NCBI GenBank assembly: GCA_023409735.1
Contig: JAEYRB010000007.1
Location: 20,376-84,375, forward strand
DNA: 64,000 bases
Source of the DNA: Bacillota bacterium
GTDB taxonomy: Bacteria; Bacillota; Clostridia; Acetivibrionales; DTU013
Reading direction: 5' to 3'
Shown: one piece after another, positions 26,653-34,787 of the stretch
How the letters are laid out: each line of letters begins with the position of its first letter
Numbering within the stretch: position 1 is the first letter of the stretch
Translations under genes and position numbers: made by a program
Notes under the pieces: generated by a model
What the model saw: the letters and a program-made list of their open reading frames with translations, nothing else
Databases searched by the model: none
Told to the model about the DNA's origin: nothing

Positions 26653-27084
26653 CTATAATTTCATGCTTCTGATCTCTTTTATTTCAAGATCAATTTCTTT
26701 TTCCAGCCTTACAATATCTTCTTTAATATCATCTATTGTTTCGTCTGCTCTGTTCCTTACCGAACTGAACCTATCATTATTTTTGTCTCGATAATACCTT
26801 CCATGTCCTTCGTGCTTTTCCGGCATGGTTCTCGATGCTTGAGAAACATTTCTCGGCTGAGACTGATGTGGCTGGCTCTGCCTTGGCTGAGCCGGATTAT
26901 GAGCCTGTCCTTCCCTTGGGCTTTGAGCTGTACCCGAATAATTACCCTGAACACGTGACTGATTAGACGTATGCTGGTTACGTGAACGGTTACGAGCCTG
27001 CTGATCAGATTTCTGAGGTCTGTTTTGCGGCCTGTCAGTGTTTTTATTCTCACTGTTTTGATTTTCTTCCTGGTTATTAACCAT
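26653..27084 (-). CDS. Intrinsically disordered Q/N/R/P/S-rich protein with C-terminal coiled-coil, function unknown
   Basis: GGAGG lies 6 nt upstream of the ATG at 27084. About 110 aa of low-complexity polar sequence, then IDDIKEDIVRLEKEIDLEIKEIRSMKL. Confidence 0.5.
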   Translation of the reverse strand: MVNNQEENQNSENKNTDRPQNRPQKSDQQARNRSRNQHTSNQSRVQGNYSGTAQSPREGQAHNPAQPRQSQPHQSQPRNVSQASRTMPEKHEGHGRYYRDKNNDRFSSVRNRADETIDDIKEDIVRLEKEIDLEIKEIRSMKL

Positions 27085-27152
27085 CTTATACCTCCATTAA
27101 AGCCCATTTACTTAAAAAAATAACTCTTTCCTATTTTATTTTAAAACAGACA

Positions 27153-27944
27153 TCAAGTCAACCCTAGCAAGTTCGCGGCATTTCCGCCCAATATTGCACT
27201 CATTTCTTCTGGCGGCAGCTTAACTTTATTCAACAATTCCAAATCCTCCGTCTGATCTCCCCATGGTGAGTCCGTACCAAAAAGCACCTTCTTGAAACCA
27301 TGATTTTTTACCATCCTTATAAATTGATCTTCCTTAAGCCTTGGCATACTAAAGGATGTATCAAAATACAGGTCCTCTCCTACAAGATACTCTTCAACCT
27401 CATTCCAGCGATCATATCCACCCATGTGTGCAGCGACAATCTTAGCACCCTTAAAATCCCTTACCATATGTCTCATTCTGTCCGGCATACAGTGGTACGG
27501 CGGCTGAAAGCCTACGTCCGCGCCTGCATGGAATATCATTATCAAGCCAAGCTCGGCCGCTCTTTCATAAATAGGATACATTCTAGGATCATCTATAAAA
27601 AACTCCTGATATTCAGGATGAAATTTAATGCCCTTAACTCCTGAAGCACATATTTCCGAAAGCTCATTTTTCCAGTTGTCAGAATCCGGATGAATGCTTC
27701 CAAACGCTATAATACTGTCACTTTGTATCATTGATGCCCATTGCGTGATTTTTGACGCTTGCTGCGGTTTTGTCGCTATACTCAGGACAACAGATTTATT
27801 TATATTTGCTTTCTTCATTGATTCCTTTATACCCGATACTGTACCATCTGTTTTTGGCTGTAAGCCTGATAATCCGGAAAGTGTCGCTAAAGCCCGCGGC
27901 GCCAGCTCATCGATAAAGCAATGTACGTGAAAATCTATTATCAC
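27153..27944 (-). CDS. Amidohydrolase-2 type TIM-barrel metal-dependent hydrolase
   Basis: MIIDFHVHCF N-terminal HxH metal motif, with later His (HAGAD, AAHMGG) and Asp (GTDSPW) ligand positions. Confidence 0.75.
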   Translation of the reverse strand: MIIDFHVHCFIDELAPRALATLSGLSGLQPKTDGTVSGIKESMKKANINKSVVLSIATKPQQASKITQWASMIQSDSIIAFGSIHPDSDNWKNELSEICASGVKGIKFHPEYQEFFIDDPRMYPIYERAAELGLIMIFHAGADVGFQPPYHCMPDRMRHMVRDFKGAKIVAAHMGGYDRWNEVEEYLVGEDLYFDTSFSMPRLKEDQFIRMVKNHGFKKVLFGTDSPWGDQTEDLELLNKVKLPPEEMSAILGGNAANLLGLT

Positions 27945-28154
27945 TGTCTTCCTCCGTGTATGGGCATTTGTGATGTTCCATTTTTGAAGTACCGCAGCAC
28001 GATAAAATGTGAATGTGACAGCAGCAAGTCACCATATATCATACTGCTATATTATTTAAAGGTTGCATCGCAAGAGCCTTGTGTAATGAAACTCATTTAA
28101 GTAATTTTTGACCTAATGACCATATAACATTAATATTTTACCTATGTCCCTGTC

Positions 28155-28781
28155 CTAATAACTATCCATATCAGGAATTCTCAGTGTGTATACCTGTCCT
28201 GTTCTATTATCGTTAAATACGGCAAGCCCGCTTGCCTCATCCTCCACATTGTCAACCTTTCCGTCCTGACACAACCTCTTTAACAGATGATACAGAATCG
28301 TGTCATTGAAATTCTCATGTTCATCTCTGAAGCATTCGATTATATTGCTGAAATAGAGCTCCTGCGAATTATCATATAAAACTGGTGTATCAAGCCTTTT
28401 ACTCAGTAAGTTGATCTGCTCACCAATAACAGTGCTGGTAATAAGGCACTCTGGAAGCCTATATTTACCAAATGTATACTGTTCAATAGGTATTATCGAC
28501 CTTTGGTATAACTCCATGACGCAGCTGTTGGATCTTCCCGCCTCATACAAAAGGCTGTCGGCAACGAAACAATATTTAGGCTGCACCTCAAGCTTAAGGC
28601 ATCTATATTCCGTTGAAATGTATTTATTATAATCATCCCTTGGATTAAGTAATGCCGAAATACATTTTTTTATTTCCCCGCCCAATTCCACTTCTCTACT
28701 ATACCACTTTGAAAGCTTAATACCACATTCTATGGCATCCTCCGCCAAGTTGGCCGGCACATAGAAATAGGCCTCTACCAT
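28155..28781 (-). CDS. Hypothetical protein (208 aa), no recognisable family
   Basis: AGGAGGAGG lies 7 nt upstream of the ATG at 28781. Clean ORF with non-repetitive composition. Confidence 0.55.
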   Translation of the reverse strand: MVEAYFYVPANLAEDAIECGIKLSKWYSREVELGGEIKKCISALLNPRDDYNKYISTEYRCLKLEVQPKYCFVADSLLYEAGRSNSCVMELYQRSIIPIEQYTFGKYRLPECLITSTVIGEQINLLSKRLDTPVLYDNSQELYFSNIIECFRDEHENFNDTILYHLLKRLCQDGKVDNVEDEASGLAVFNDNRTGQVYTLRIPDMDSY

Positions 28782-28898
28782 AGCGCTACCTCCTCCTTGA
28801 GCCATAATGGCAGTTTCTTGTTACCTAGCAATTATAACACATCAATTCACGGAATATTTTTCGGCTGTAGAAAAATATTCTCACTGCAGCCGTGTTTC

Positions 28899-28923
28899 AA
28901 TGAGGCTTGTGACAAGCCTCATT
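28899..28923. promoter_or_regulatory. Perfect 25-bp palindrome (11-3-11) in a divergent promoter region; candidate operator
   Basis: AATGAGGCTTG-TGA-CAAGCCTCATT, between the divergent starts at 28781 (-) and 29067 (+). There is no downstream T-tract on either strand, so it is not a canonical terminator. Confidence 0.35.
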
Positions 28924-29066
28924 ATAACAAAAAAAGCTTCCTTTTACTATATAAAATAGGTCTCTTTATTTCCCCCTACTTCTTGAATATACAGTCATTA
29001 TTAAATATAATTATCTCATATAGATTATTATAATTTCTATTATAACCGGATTAAGGAGGCTTTAAT

Positions 29067-29540
29067 ATGGCATTTTTGGAGAATTTGGGTAAAAGAGTGG
29101 GCGAAGCCGCACAGGCAGCCGCCAAAAAGTCAAGTGAGATTGTCGAAGTAACAAAGCTCAATGCCAACATAAGTTCGGAAGAGGAGAAGATACAAAAGCT
29201 ATACATCCAGATAGGCAAGGCTGTATATGGAGAATTCATATCACCGGGAGATATGAAAGAGGATATCAAATCACTTTGTAATCAAATCAGTGAGCATGAA
29301 CAGAGTATTAAGGGCTTGAAGGAAAAAATTGCAGAAGTAAAGGGAACCAGACAATGTGTAAGCTGTGGTGCCGAATTGGATAGAGCACAGGTCTTCTGTT
29401 CAAAATGCGGCTCAAAGAATGAGGCCGCACCTTCTGTCGAAGAGCCACCACAGCCCGCTGCTGTATTTTGTCCCGGATGCGGTTGTTCACTAGATCAAAA
29501 TGCACTTTTCTGTACAAACTGCGGCACAAAAGTCCGCTGA
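29067..29540 (+). CDS. Double zinc-ribbon domain protein with N-terminal helical region
   Basis: CVSCGAEL...FCSKCG and FCPGCGCSL...FCTNCG Cys4 pairs. RBS AAGGAGG upstream. Confidence 0.7.
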   Translation: MAFLENLGKRVGEAAQAAAKKSSEIVEVTKLNANISSEEEKIQKLYIQIGKAVYGEFISPGDMKEDIKSLCNQISEHEQSIKGLKEKIAEVKGTRQCVSCGAELDRAQVFCSKCGSKNEAAPSVEEPPQPAAVFCPGCGCSLDQNALFCTNCGTKVR

Positions 29541-29673
29541 TGAGTCACTATAATATAGGTTGGTATTTCAAAAATGGCCCTATCTTACCGATGTGGATAA
29601 ATATATGTGCTTTTACCATATACACTACATTTATAAGGTAACTAGGCGCCCTGGTAGCATGTATTCAATGTAC

Positions 29674-29712
29674 AAAAAGAGACCACAGCAATACTGTCTG
29701 GTCTCTTTTTTA
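29674..29712. terminator. Bidirectional rho-independent terminator between the Zn-ribbon gene and cphA
   Basis: AAAAAGAGACCA-(13-nt loop)-TGGTCTCTTTTTT: a 9-bp stem flanked by an A-tract and a T-tract. Confidence 0.7.
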
Positions 29713-29765
29713 TTTAAAGCTGAAGCTGTACAGCAGCATGCTGGCTCAGCCATATTGCTATGCTA

Positions 29766-32408
29766 TTAGCCTGCATCAGAAGCCTGTATACATTCTTGAG
29801 TACCTATCAATTTGAGGCGGCATTTCTCAATAATCTCCAGTGATGACTCCAGTTCTTCGAAGAACATAATTACAAGTTCACCTTGCTGAGCGTCCATTAT
29901 AGCTGTTTCCAGAGCCATTTCTTCCGAGTATATAATTGAGATATTTCTTGTATCTATACCTGCCTCAACAGCTGCATTATATAGCAGATCTGCTACCTCG
30001 CCTGCATTTCTTCCTCTGAGGTCACTGTCCTCCTTGATGTAAAGCTTTGTAAAGAAGCTTCCGCAAATGCGGCCTACCTCTCTGATATCCTCGTCACTCC
30101 TGTCACCAGGCATTCCAATCACAGCTGTATATGCTCCTGCCTCCATCTTGCTTATAGTATCTATAACTGCACGATACCCCGCCTTGTTATGCCCATAATC
30201 GAGCATTACAGTAAAGCTGCCGATCTGGAACATATTAAACCTTCCGGGATTAATAGCAGTATCAGGTTTAAAGCCTGTCAATCCGTCTCTGATAACTTTT
30301 GAGCTTACTCCAAGCGCAGCAAGTGCGCAAGATGCAGCTAATGAATTTTCAACATTGCACATGGATCTGCCCTCAAGGGTAATAGGAATGTCAGAGATTT
30401 CAGCAATTATCTGCTCCTTTCCATTACTTAAATAGCAGATCGAGTCTTCCTTCATATACATTGCGGCTCCACCATTTGCTGCATGTGCTGTAATAAGACT
30501 ATTGCTGCAATTCCTCGAGAAGAGCATTACCCTGCAGCTTGCTCTGCTTATGAAAAACGGCGTCATTTCATCATCAGCATTCAAAACAGCAAACCCATCA
30601 GACTTAATCGCTTCAACAACGAGAGCTTTTACATTTGCCAGCTGTTCTATAGTACTGATTCCATCCAATCCAAGATGGTCATCGCTTATATTGACAATAA
30701 CTCCTACATCAGCTAAATCATAGCCCAAGCCTCTTTTTATTATACCGCCTCTTGCAGTTTCAAGCACAGCAGCATCAACGCTCTTATCACTAAGTACTCT
30801 TTCAGCGCTTAAGGCACCGGTATTGTCTCCCTTCATTACACAACTGCCCCCAATATATATGCCCGATGTGCATGTCATTCCCACATTTTTTCCGCTAAGT
30901 CCCAGGGTATATGCGATCATTCTCGTTACTGTGGTTTTACCGTTGGTTCCCGTGACAGAAACAATTGGAATGCTGTATTCCTTGCTATCAGGATACATGT
31001 GCTCCAGTATATCTCCGGCAACATTTCTCGGCGTCCCTTCTGATGGATATAGATGCATACGAAGCCCCGGTGCTGCATTTATCTCAATAATTGCACCGTT
31101 TTCAGAAGTTAATGGCTTTGATATATCCCGGCATGTAATATCAACACCTGCAATATCAAGCCCAAGCAGTTCAACAGCCCTCGTGGCCACCTCAACATTA
31201 TATGGATGCACCTCATCAGTACAATCCCTTGCTGTCCCTCCTGTGCTTAAATTTCCATTTGAACGAAGAAGTACCTTAGCTCCCGGAGCCGGGATGTTTT
31301 CCTCTGAATATCCATATTTCGCAAGTACATAATGAGCCGTATCATCAAGCTTGATTTTTGTAAGAGGCTTTTCATGATTAGACCCCCTCAGAGGATTTGT
31401 ATTTTCCATTTCTACAAGCTGCTTTACAGTATGAATACCATCACCTAATATGAACGGTGGTCTCCTCTCTGCAGCAGCAGCAAGCTTGCCTCCAATTATC
31501 AAGAGCCGATAGTCATTTCCCGGTATATACTTTTCAACAATAGCCGCATTGCTAAAACCAATAGCTTTGTGGAAGGCAGTTACAAGTTCACTGTTCTCAG
31601 TGATGTTTACGGATACTCCCTTCCCCTGGTTTGCATCAGAGGGCTTTACTACTACAGGGTTACCTATAGCCTGTGCTGCAGCCAAAGCAGACCGGACAGT
31701 GAATGCAATGCTCCCCGTTGGTACAGGAATTCCTTCGCTTTGTAAAATTCTTTTGGTAAGCTGCTTATTGCTTGCCATATCAACGTTTATACATACAGGT
31801 CTGTCAGTTAGTGATGCCTCTATAAGGTGCATGTTCTTTCCATATCCAAGCTGTAGGATACATGAGTCATCATAGCATTTTACAGGAATGCCTCTTTTTT
31901 GTGCTTCCTCGAATATTGCCTTTGTACTTGGGCCCATATCTGTTTCCGCTGTAGTATTTTCCAGGTATTCAAGTATTTCATCAATACTAGGCGCATGTCC
32001 GGTAATTAATTCATTTACTATTCCTACAGCCGCCAGAAGGCACTCAATAGCTAAATGCTCATTTTTATACTCAAAAGCCATATAATAAATATTTGGTTTT
32101 ACAAGCTCTCTGCTTTTGCCATAATGCACATCATACCCAACAAGCTTCTGAAGCTCAAGCGTCATATGCTCTGTAACATGTGTCAAATAAGTTCCTTCAG
32201 TAAGCCTTTCAGCAAAACCTCCCTCATATCCGAGCGAGCAGCAATGTTTTTTCAGCCCCGGCAATATTTTTAGTAGCCGGTCATTAAAGTTTTCAATTTC
32301 ACATGTTGGCGTATCATACATGCTTCCCATGTCTATAATGGCCTTAATAATAGGTTTGTGACTATATATATTCTTTCCTTTGTATATTTGAATATCTATT
32401 ATGTCCAC
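29766..32408 (-). CDS. cphA: Cyanophycin synthetase
   Basis: 880 aa. N-domain, then an ATP-grasp domain (VVVKPSDANQGKGV), then a Mur-ligase-like domain with a P-loop (VTGTNGKTT). This is the canonical CphA architecture. Confidence 0.9.
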   Translation of the reverse strand: MDIIDIQIYKGKNIYSHKPIIKAIIDMGSMYDTPTCEIENFNDRLLKILPGLKKHCCSLGYEGGFAERLTEGTYLTHVTEHMTLELQKLVGYDVHYGKSRELVKPNIYYMAFEYKNEHLAIECLLAAVGIVNELITGHAPSIDEILEYLENTTAETDMGPSTKAIFEEAQKRGIPVKCYDDSCILQLGYGKNMHLIEASLTDRPVCINVDMASNKQLTKRILQSEGIPVPTGSIAFTVRSALAAAQAIGNPVVVKPSDANQGKGVSVNITENSELVTAFHKAIGFSNAAIVEKYIPGNDYRLLIIGGKLAAAAERRPPFILGDGIHTVKQLVEMENTNPLRGSNHEKPLTKIKLDDTAHYVLAKYGYSEENIPAPGAKVLLRSNGNLSTGGTARDCTDEVHPYNVEVATRAVELLGLDIAGVDITCRDISKPLTSENGAIIEINAAPGLRMHLYPSEGTPRNVAGDILEHMYPDSKEYSIPIVSVTGTNGKTTVTRMIAYTLGLSGKNVGMTCTSGIYIGGSCVMKGDNTGALSAERVLSDKSVDAAVLETARGGIIKRGLGYDLADVGVIVNISDDHLGLDGISTIEQLANVKALVVEAIKSDGFAVLNADDEMTPFFISRASCRVMLFSRNCSNSLITAHAANGGAAMYMKEDSICYLSNGKEQIIAEISDIPITLEGRSMCNVENSLAASCALAALGVSSKVIRDGLTGFKPDTAINPGRFNMFQIGSFTVMLDYGHNKAGYRAVIDTISKMEAGAYTAVIGMPGDRSDEDIREVGRICGSFFTKLYIKEDSDLRGRNAGEVADLLYNAAVEAGIDTRNISIIYSEEMALETAIMDAQQGELVIMFFEELESSLEIIEKCRLKLIGTQECIQASDAG

Positions 32409-32453
32409 TCATTTTCCTCCATAAAATTCAGGCTTTCATTTATTTCAAGCCTT

Positions 32454-33314
32454 TTAGTGAAGTCTTAGAACGCTTCTTGAAGCCATATCAAAACCATAAC
32501 CGGAAGGTAATACATGAAGAGTAATATTGGCAATGGCTAAAAGCTCATCAGGTTTAAGCTCAGAGACATTTGAACTTTTAATGTTTCTTCCGTCAACAAT
32601 GGTTACAGAGTTGCTGCCTAATACTGCAAAATGATTATCCGGATGGATTCTTATCGCAGTATCCTCATCAATTCCTACACCGAGTATTGACGGGTTTTCT
32701 GCTACCCCGCATAACAACCTTCCTATTCTGCCGCGTTGATCAAAATGCTGATCTATCAACACTGAGTCCAGCAAGCCAAGCCCGGGAGCCATTTTCAAGG
32801 TACATTTCCTCGCAGGCTCATTATTATTGCCGTCTACGACCATTGTACCGCTCATTACAGATGCTCCTGCGCTGGTTCCCGCAATAACTGTGCCATTCTC
32901 AAATGCTCTGTATAGCGCATCAAAAACCCTAGTTCCACCAAGTATACTTGTTATTCTTAACTGGTCGCCTCCTGTGAAAAAAATACCTGTTGCTTCAGAG
33001 GTATATTTTGTATTGTTTTCGTTATTCGCATCATCCCTTGAATTAATATTAAGAATATTAATGCTGTTGATTCCAAATCTTGCAAACACGGACTTATATT
33101 GGTCTCCAACCCCTTCAGGATCCTCAGTCGCACTGGTTATTATTACAAGACGGGCTTGTGATAGACCTGAAAGCTCCACAAATTCATTCAAAATTCTACA
33201 TTCTCCCGTCTTGTCCTCTGCTCCGCCAATAATTATCAGATTTCCCTTGCTCATATTATTTACCATCTCTATCATATAATTTTCTGCTCTAAACAAAGGT
33301 ACATTAAAGCTCAC
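32454..33314 (-). CDS. cphB: Cyanophycinase (peptidase S51)
   Basis: LIIIGGAEDK, FFTGGDQ and the nucleophile motif GTSAGASVM. The start is uncertain: GTG 33314 or one of the ATGs at 33275, 33266 or 33254, none with a strong SD. Confidence 0.85.
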   Translation of the reverse strand: MSFNVPLFRAENYMIEMVNNMSKGNLIIIGGAEDKTGECRILNEFVELSGLSQARLVIITSATEDPEGVGDQYKSVFARFGINSINILNINSRDDANNENNTKYTSEATGIFFTGGDQLRITSILGGTRVFDALYRAFENGTVIAGTSAGASVMSGTMVVDGNNNEPARKCTLKMAPGLGLLDSVLIDQHFDQRGRIGRLLCGVAENPSILGVGIDEDTAIRIHPDNHFAVLGSNSVTIVDGRNIKSSNVSELKPDELLAIANITLHVLPSGYGFDMASRSVLRLH

Positions 33315-33643
33315 TACTACACAGCTGTAACAAATAATTTTACACGCCTTAATTTTGTTACCTATTAATTATTAATCAATTTACTTCAAATTATTTATGT
33401 CTAAATTTACTAGCACAATTTATGGCTTTGAATTTTTATCTATAAGGGCTAATTATGTATTTTCACCATAATATAAAATCATATACACATAATAGTACTA
33501 ACAAATATACAAAATTCGTCACATTATCCAAGAATATTACTTCATTTTTACATTTATGCTAATTTCTGATTTGATTAATCTTATATAGTCTGATAAACTA
33601 TACATTATGTAAAGCAATTTAAGTACAAAGGGTGATTGATAAT

Positions 33644-34279
33644 ATGTCAGCAAATTTCAGCAGTCTAACAGCGAAGCAAAAGAAAGTATACTCAGTTATC
33701 GAATCATACATTAATACGAAAGGTATCCCACCAACGGTCCGAGAAATTGGCGAGTTGGTCGGCGAAAAGACTCCAGGTGCAGTTCAGGGTATTTTAAACA
33801 GGCTTGAGCAAAAGGGTGTAATAACTCGTCAGTTAGGGGCAGCAAGGTCGATTCAGCTTGTCTCACAGGACAATAAAATGTACGCAACGCCAGTCTTCGT
33901 ACCGGAAATAAAGAAGATCAGCAAGAGAAATATTAATGATTTTATTAATATTTATAACATTGAAAAATATCACCCATTATCTCCGGATATCGTTACTAGC
34001 GACGGTAAATACTTTATCATCGAAAGTCCAGATGATGGGCTTACTGAAAGCGGCTTCGGTTCAGCTGATATGATTATTGTAAATATGCAGTCGGAGCTAA
34101 AGGACGGCGACATCGTATTAATATTTTATGAGACCCGCATACTCCTTAGATACTATTACCGACAGGATGATGGAACTCTGACACTTAAGGCAGACTCAAG
34201 CATCATTAGCAAGGAAGATTTCACTCCGGACGAAGTAATAGTAATCGGTAAGGTAGAAGGCCGATATACAAAGTTGTAA
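33644..34279 (+). CDS. LexA-like repressor (winged HTH plus S24-like fold) lacking the cleavage site and catalytic dyad
   Basis: The N-terminus LTAKQKKVYSVIESYINTKGIPPTVREIGELVGEKTPGAVQGILNRLEQKGVITR is a clear LexA DNA-binding domain. The C-domain aligns to S24, but with DDGL in place of GDSM and LLRYY in place of TVKR. Confidence 0.8.
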   Translation: MSANFSSLTAKQKKVYSVIESYINTKGIPPTVREIGELVGEKTPGAVQGILNRLEQKGVITRQLGAARSIQLVSQDNKMYATPVFVPEIKKISKRNINDFINIYNIEKYHPLSPDIVTSDGKYFIIESPDDGLTESGFGSADMIIVNMQSELKDGDIVLIFYETRILLRYYYRQDDGTLTLKADSSIISKEDFTPDEVIVIGKVEGRYTKL

Positions 34280-34445
34280 TTATGACTATGTCATATTAAG
34301 CAAGTAAATAATAAAAGCCCTTATTACCAAACAAACTATTGGGCTTATATCATTGTGTAATGGCTTATTAAATGGGACTGTCTCAAAGCATGCCTAGAGA
34401 TAGTCCTCTTTTTATAGAGAAAATGCAAAAAGCATCTACCAACAA

Positions 34446-34493
34446 AAGTCTCGAGGTTTTCGAGCCCTCCTCGACTTTTTACTGCAGACCTTC
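34446..34493. repeat. Dispersed ~48-nt hairpin-type repeat, copy 2 (A-tract / stem / T-tract, terminator-like)
   Basis: AAAAGTC(TC)GAGG...CCTCGACTTTTT. About 165 nt downstream of the LexA-like gene. Confidence 0.6.
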
Positions 34494-34640
34494 AATCAAC
34501 ATCATAAATAGGACTGGCAGCAACCTGGATACTAACTATGTGGTCTGCAATAATATTAATACGGACCACAGGAATCAAGGATGTGTCTTTATAGTACTTT
34601 GAATAATCTGTAACAATGAAGTGCTGTAAAACACTAGATC

Positions 34641-34705
34641 ATCTGCTAGTAAGATAAATGAATATTTTATTTTGCTAGAGGCCTACCTCAATTATTGACA
34701 CAGAG
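34641..34705. repeat. Dispersed 65-nt intergenic repeat, copy A
   Basis: 56 of 65 positions are identical to 61169-61233, with the same length and no gaps. The core is TTTTATTTTGCTAGAGGCCT.CC.CAA.TATTGACACAGAG. Confidence 0.8.
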
Positions 34706-34726
34706 CCACTATTGATGCAGAATTGT

Positions 34727-34767
34727 AAAAAGCCCAGAACACTGTGATTAGCAGTGCTCTGGGCTTT
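34727..34767 (-). terminator. Rho-independent terminator of the peptide ABC operon
   Basis: A 16-bp stem (AAAGCCCAGAACACTG / CAGTGCTCTGGGCTTT, one mismatch) with a 7-nt loop. On the minus strand it is followed by TTTTT. Located 21 nt after the SBP stop. Confidence 0.8.
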
Positions 34768-34787
34768 ATCATACCCTATTGTCTGGT

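Noticed and set aside
26757-27107. 116-aa alternative-frame ORF overlapping the 26653..27084 gene
   Set aside because: It is on the same strand but out of frame. Its ATG overlaps the SD of the 27084 start and has no SD of its own.
33315-33643. SOS (Cheo) box CGAAC-N4-GTTCG expected near a lexA-like gene
   Set aside because: Reading the region by eye, I found neither a GAAC nor a GTTC tetramer. The absence is used only as weak support for the non-SOS interpretation and needs a computational scan.
34372-34602. 76-aa plus-strand ORF in the convergent intergenic region between the lexA-like gene and the peptide SBP gene
   Set aside because: It has no SD, no recognisable motif, and it spans the terminator-like repeat. 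It is most likely non-coding. The 500-bp spacer is better explained by terminators plus the dispersed repeats.
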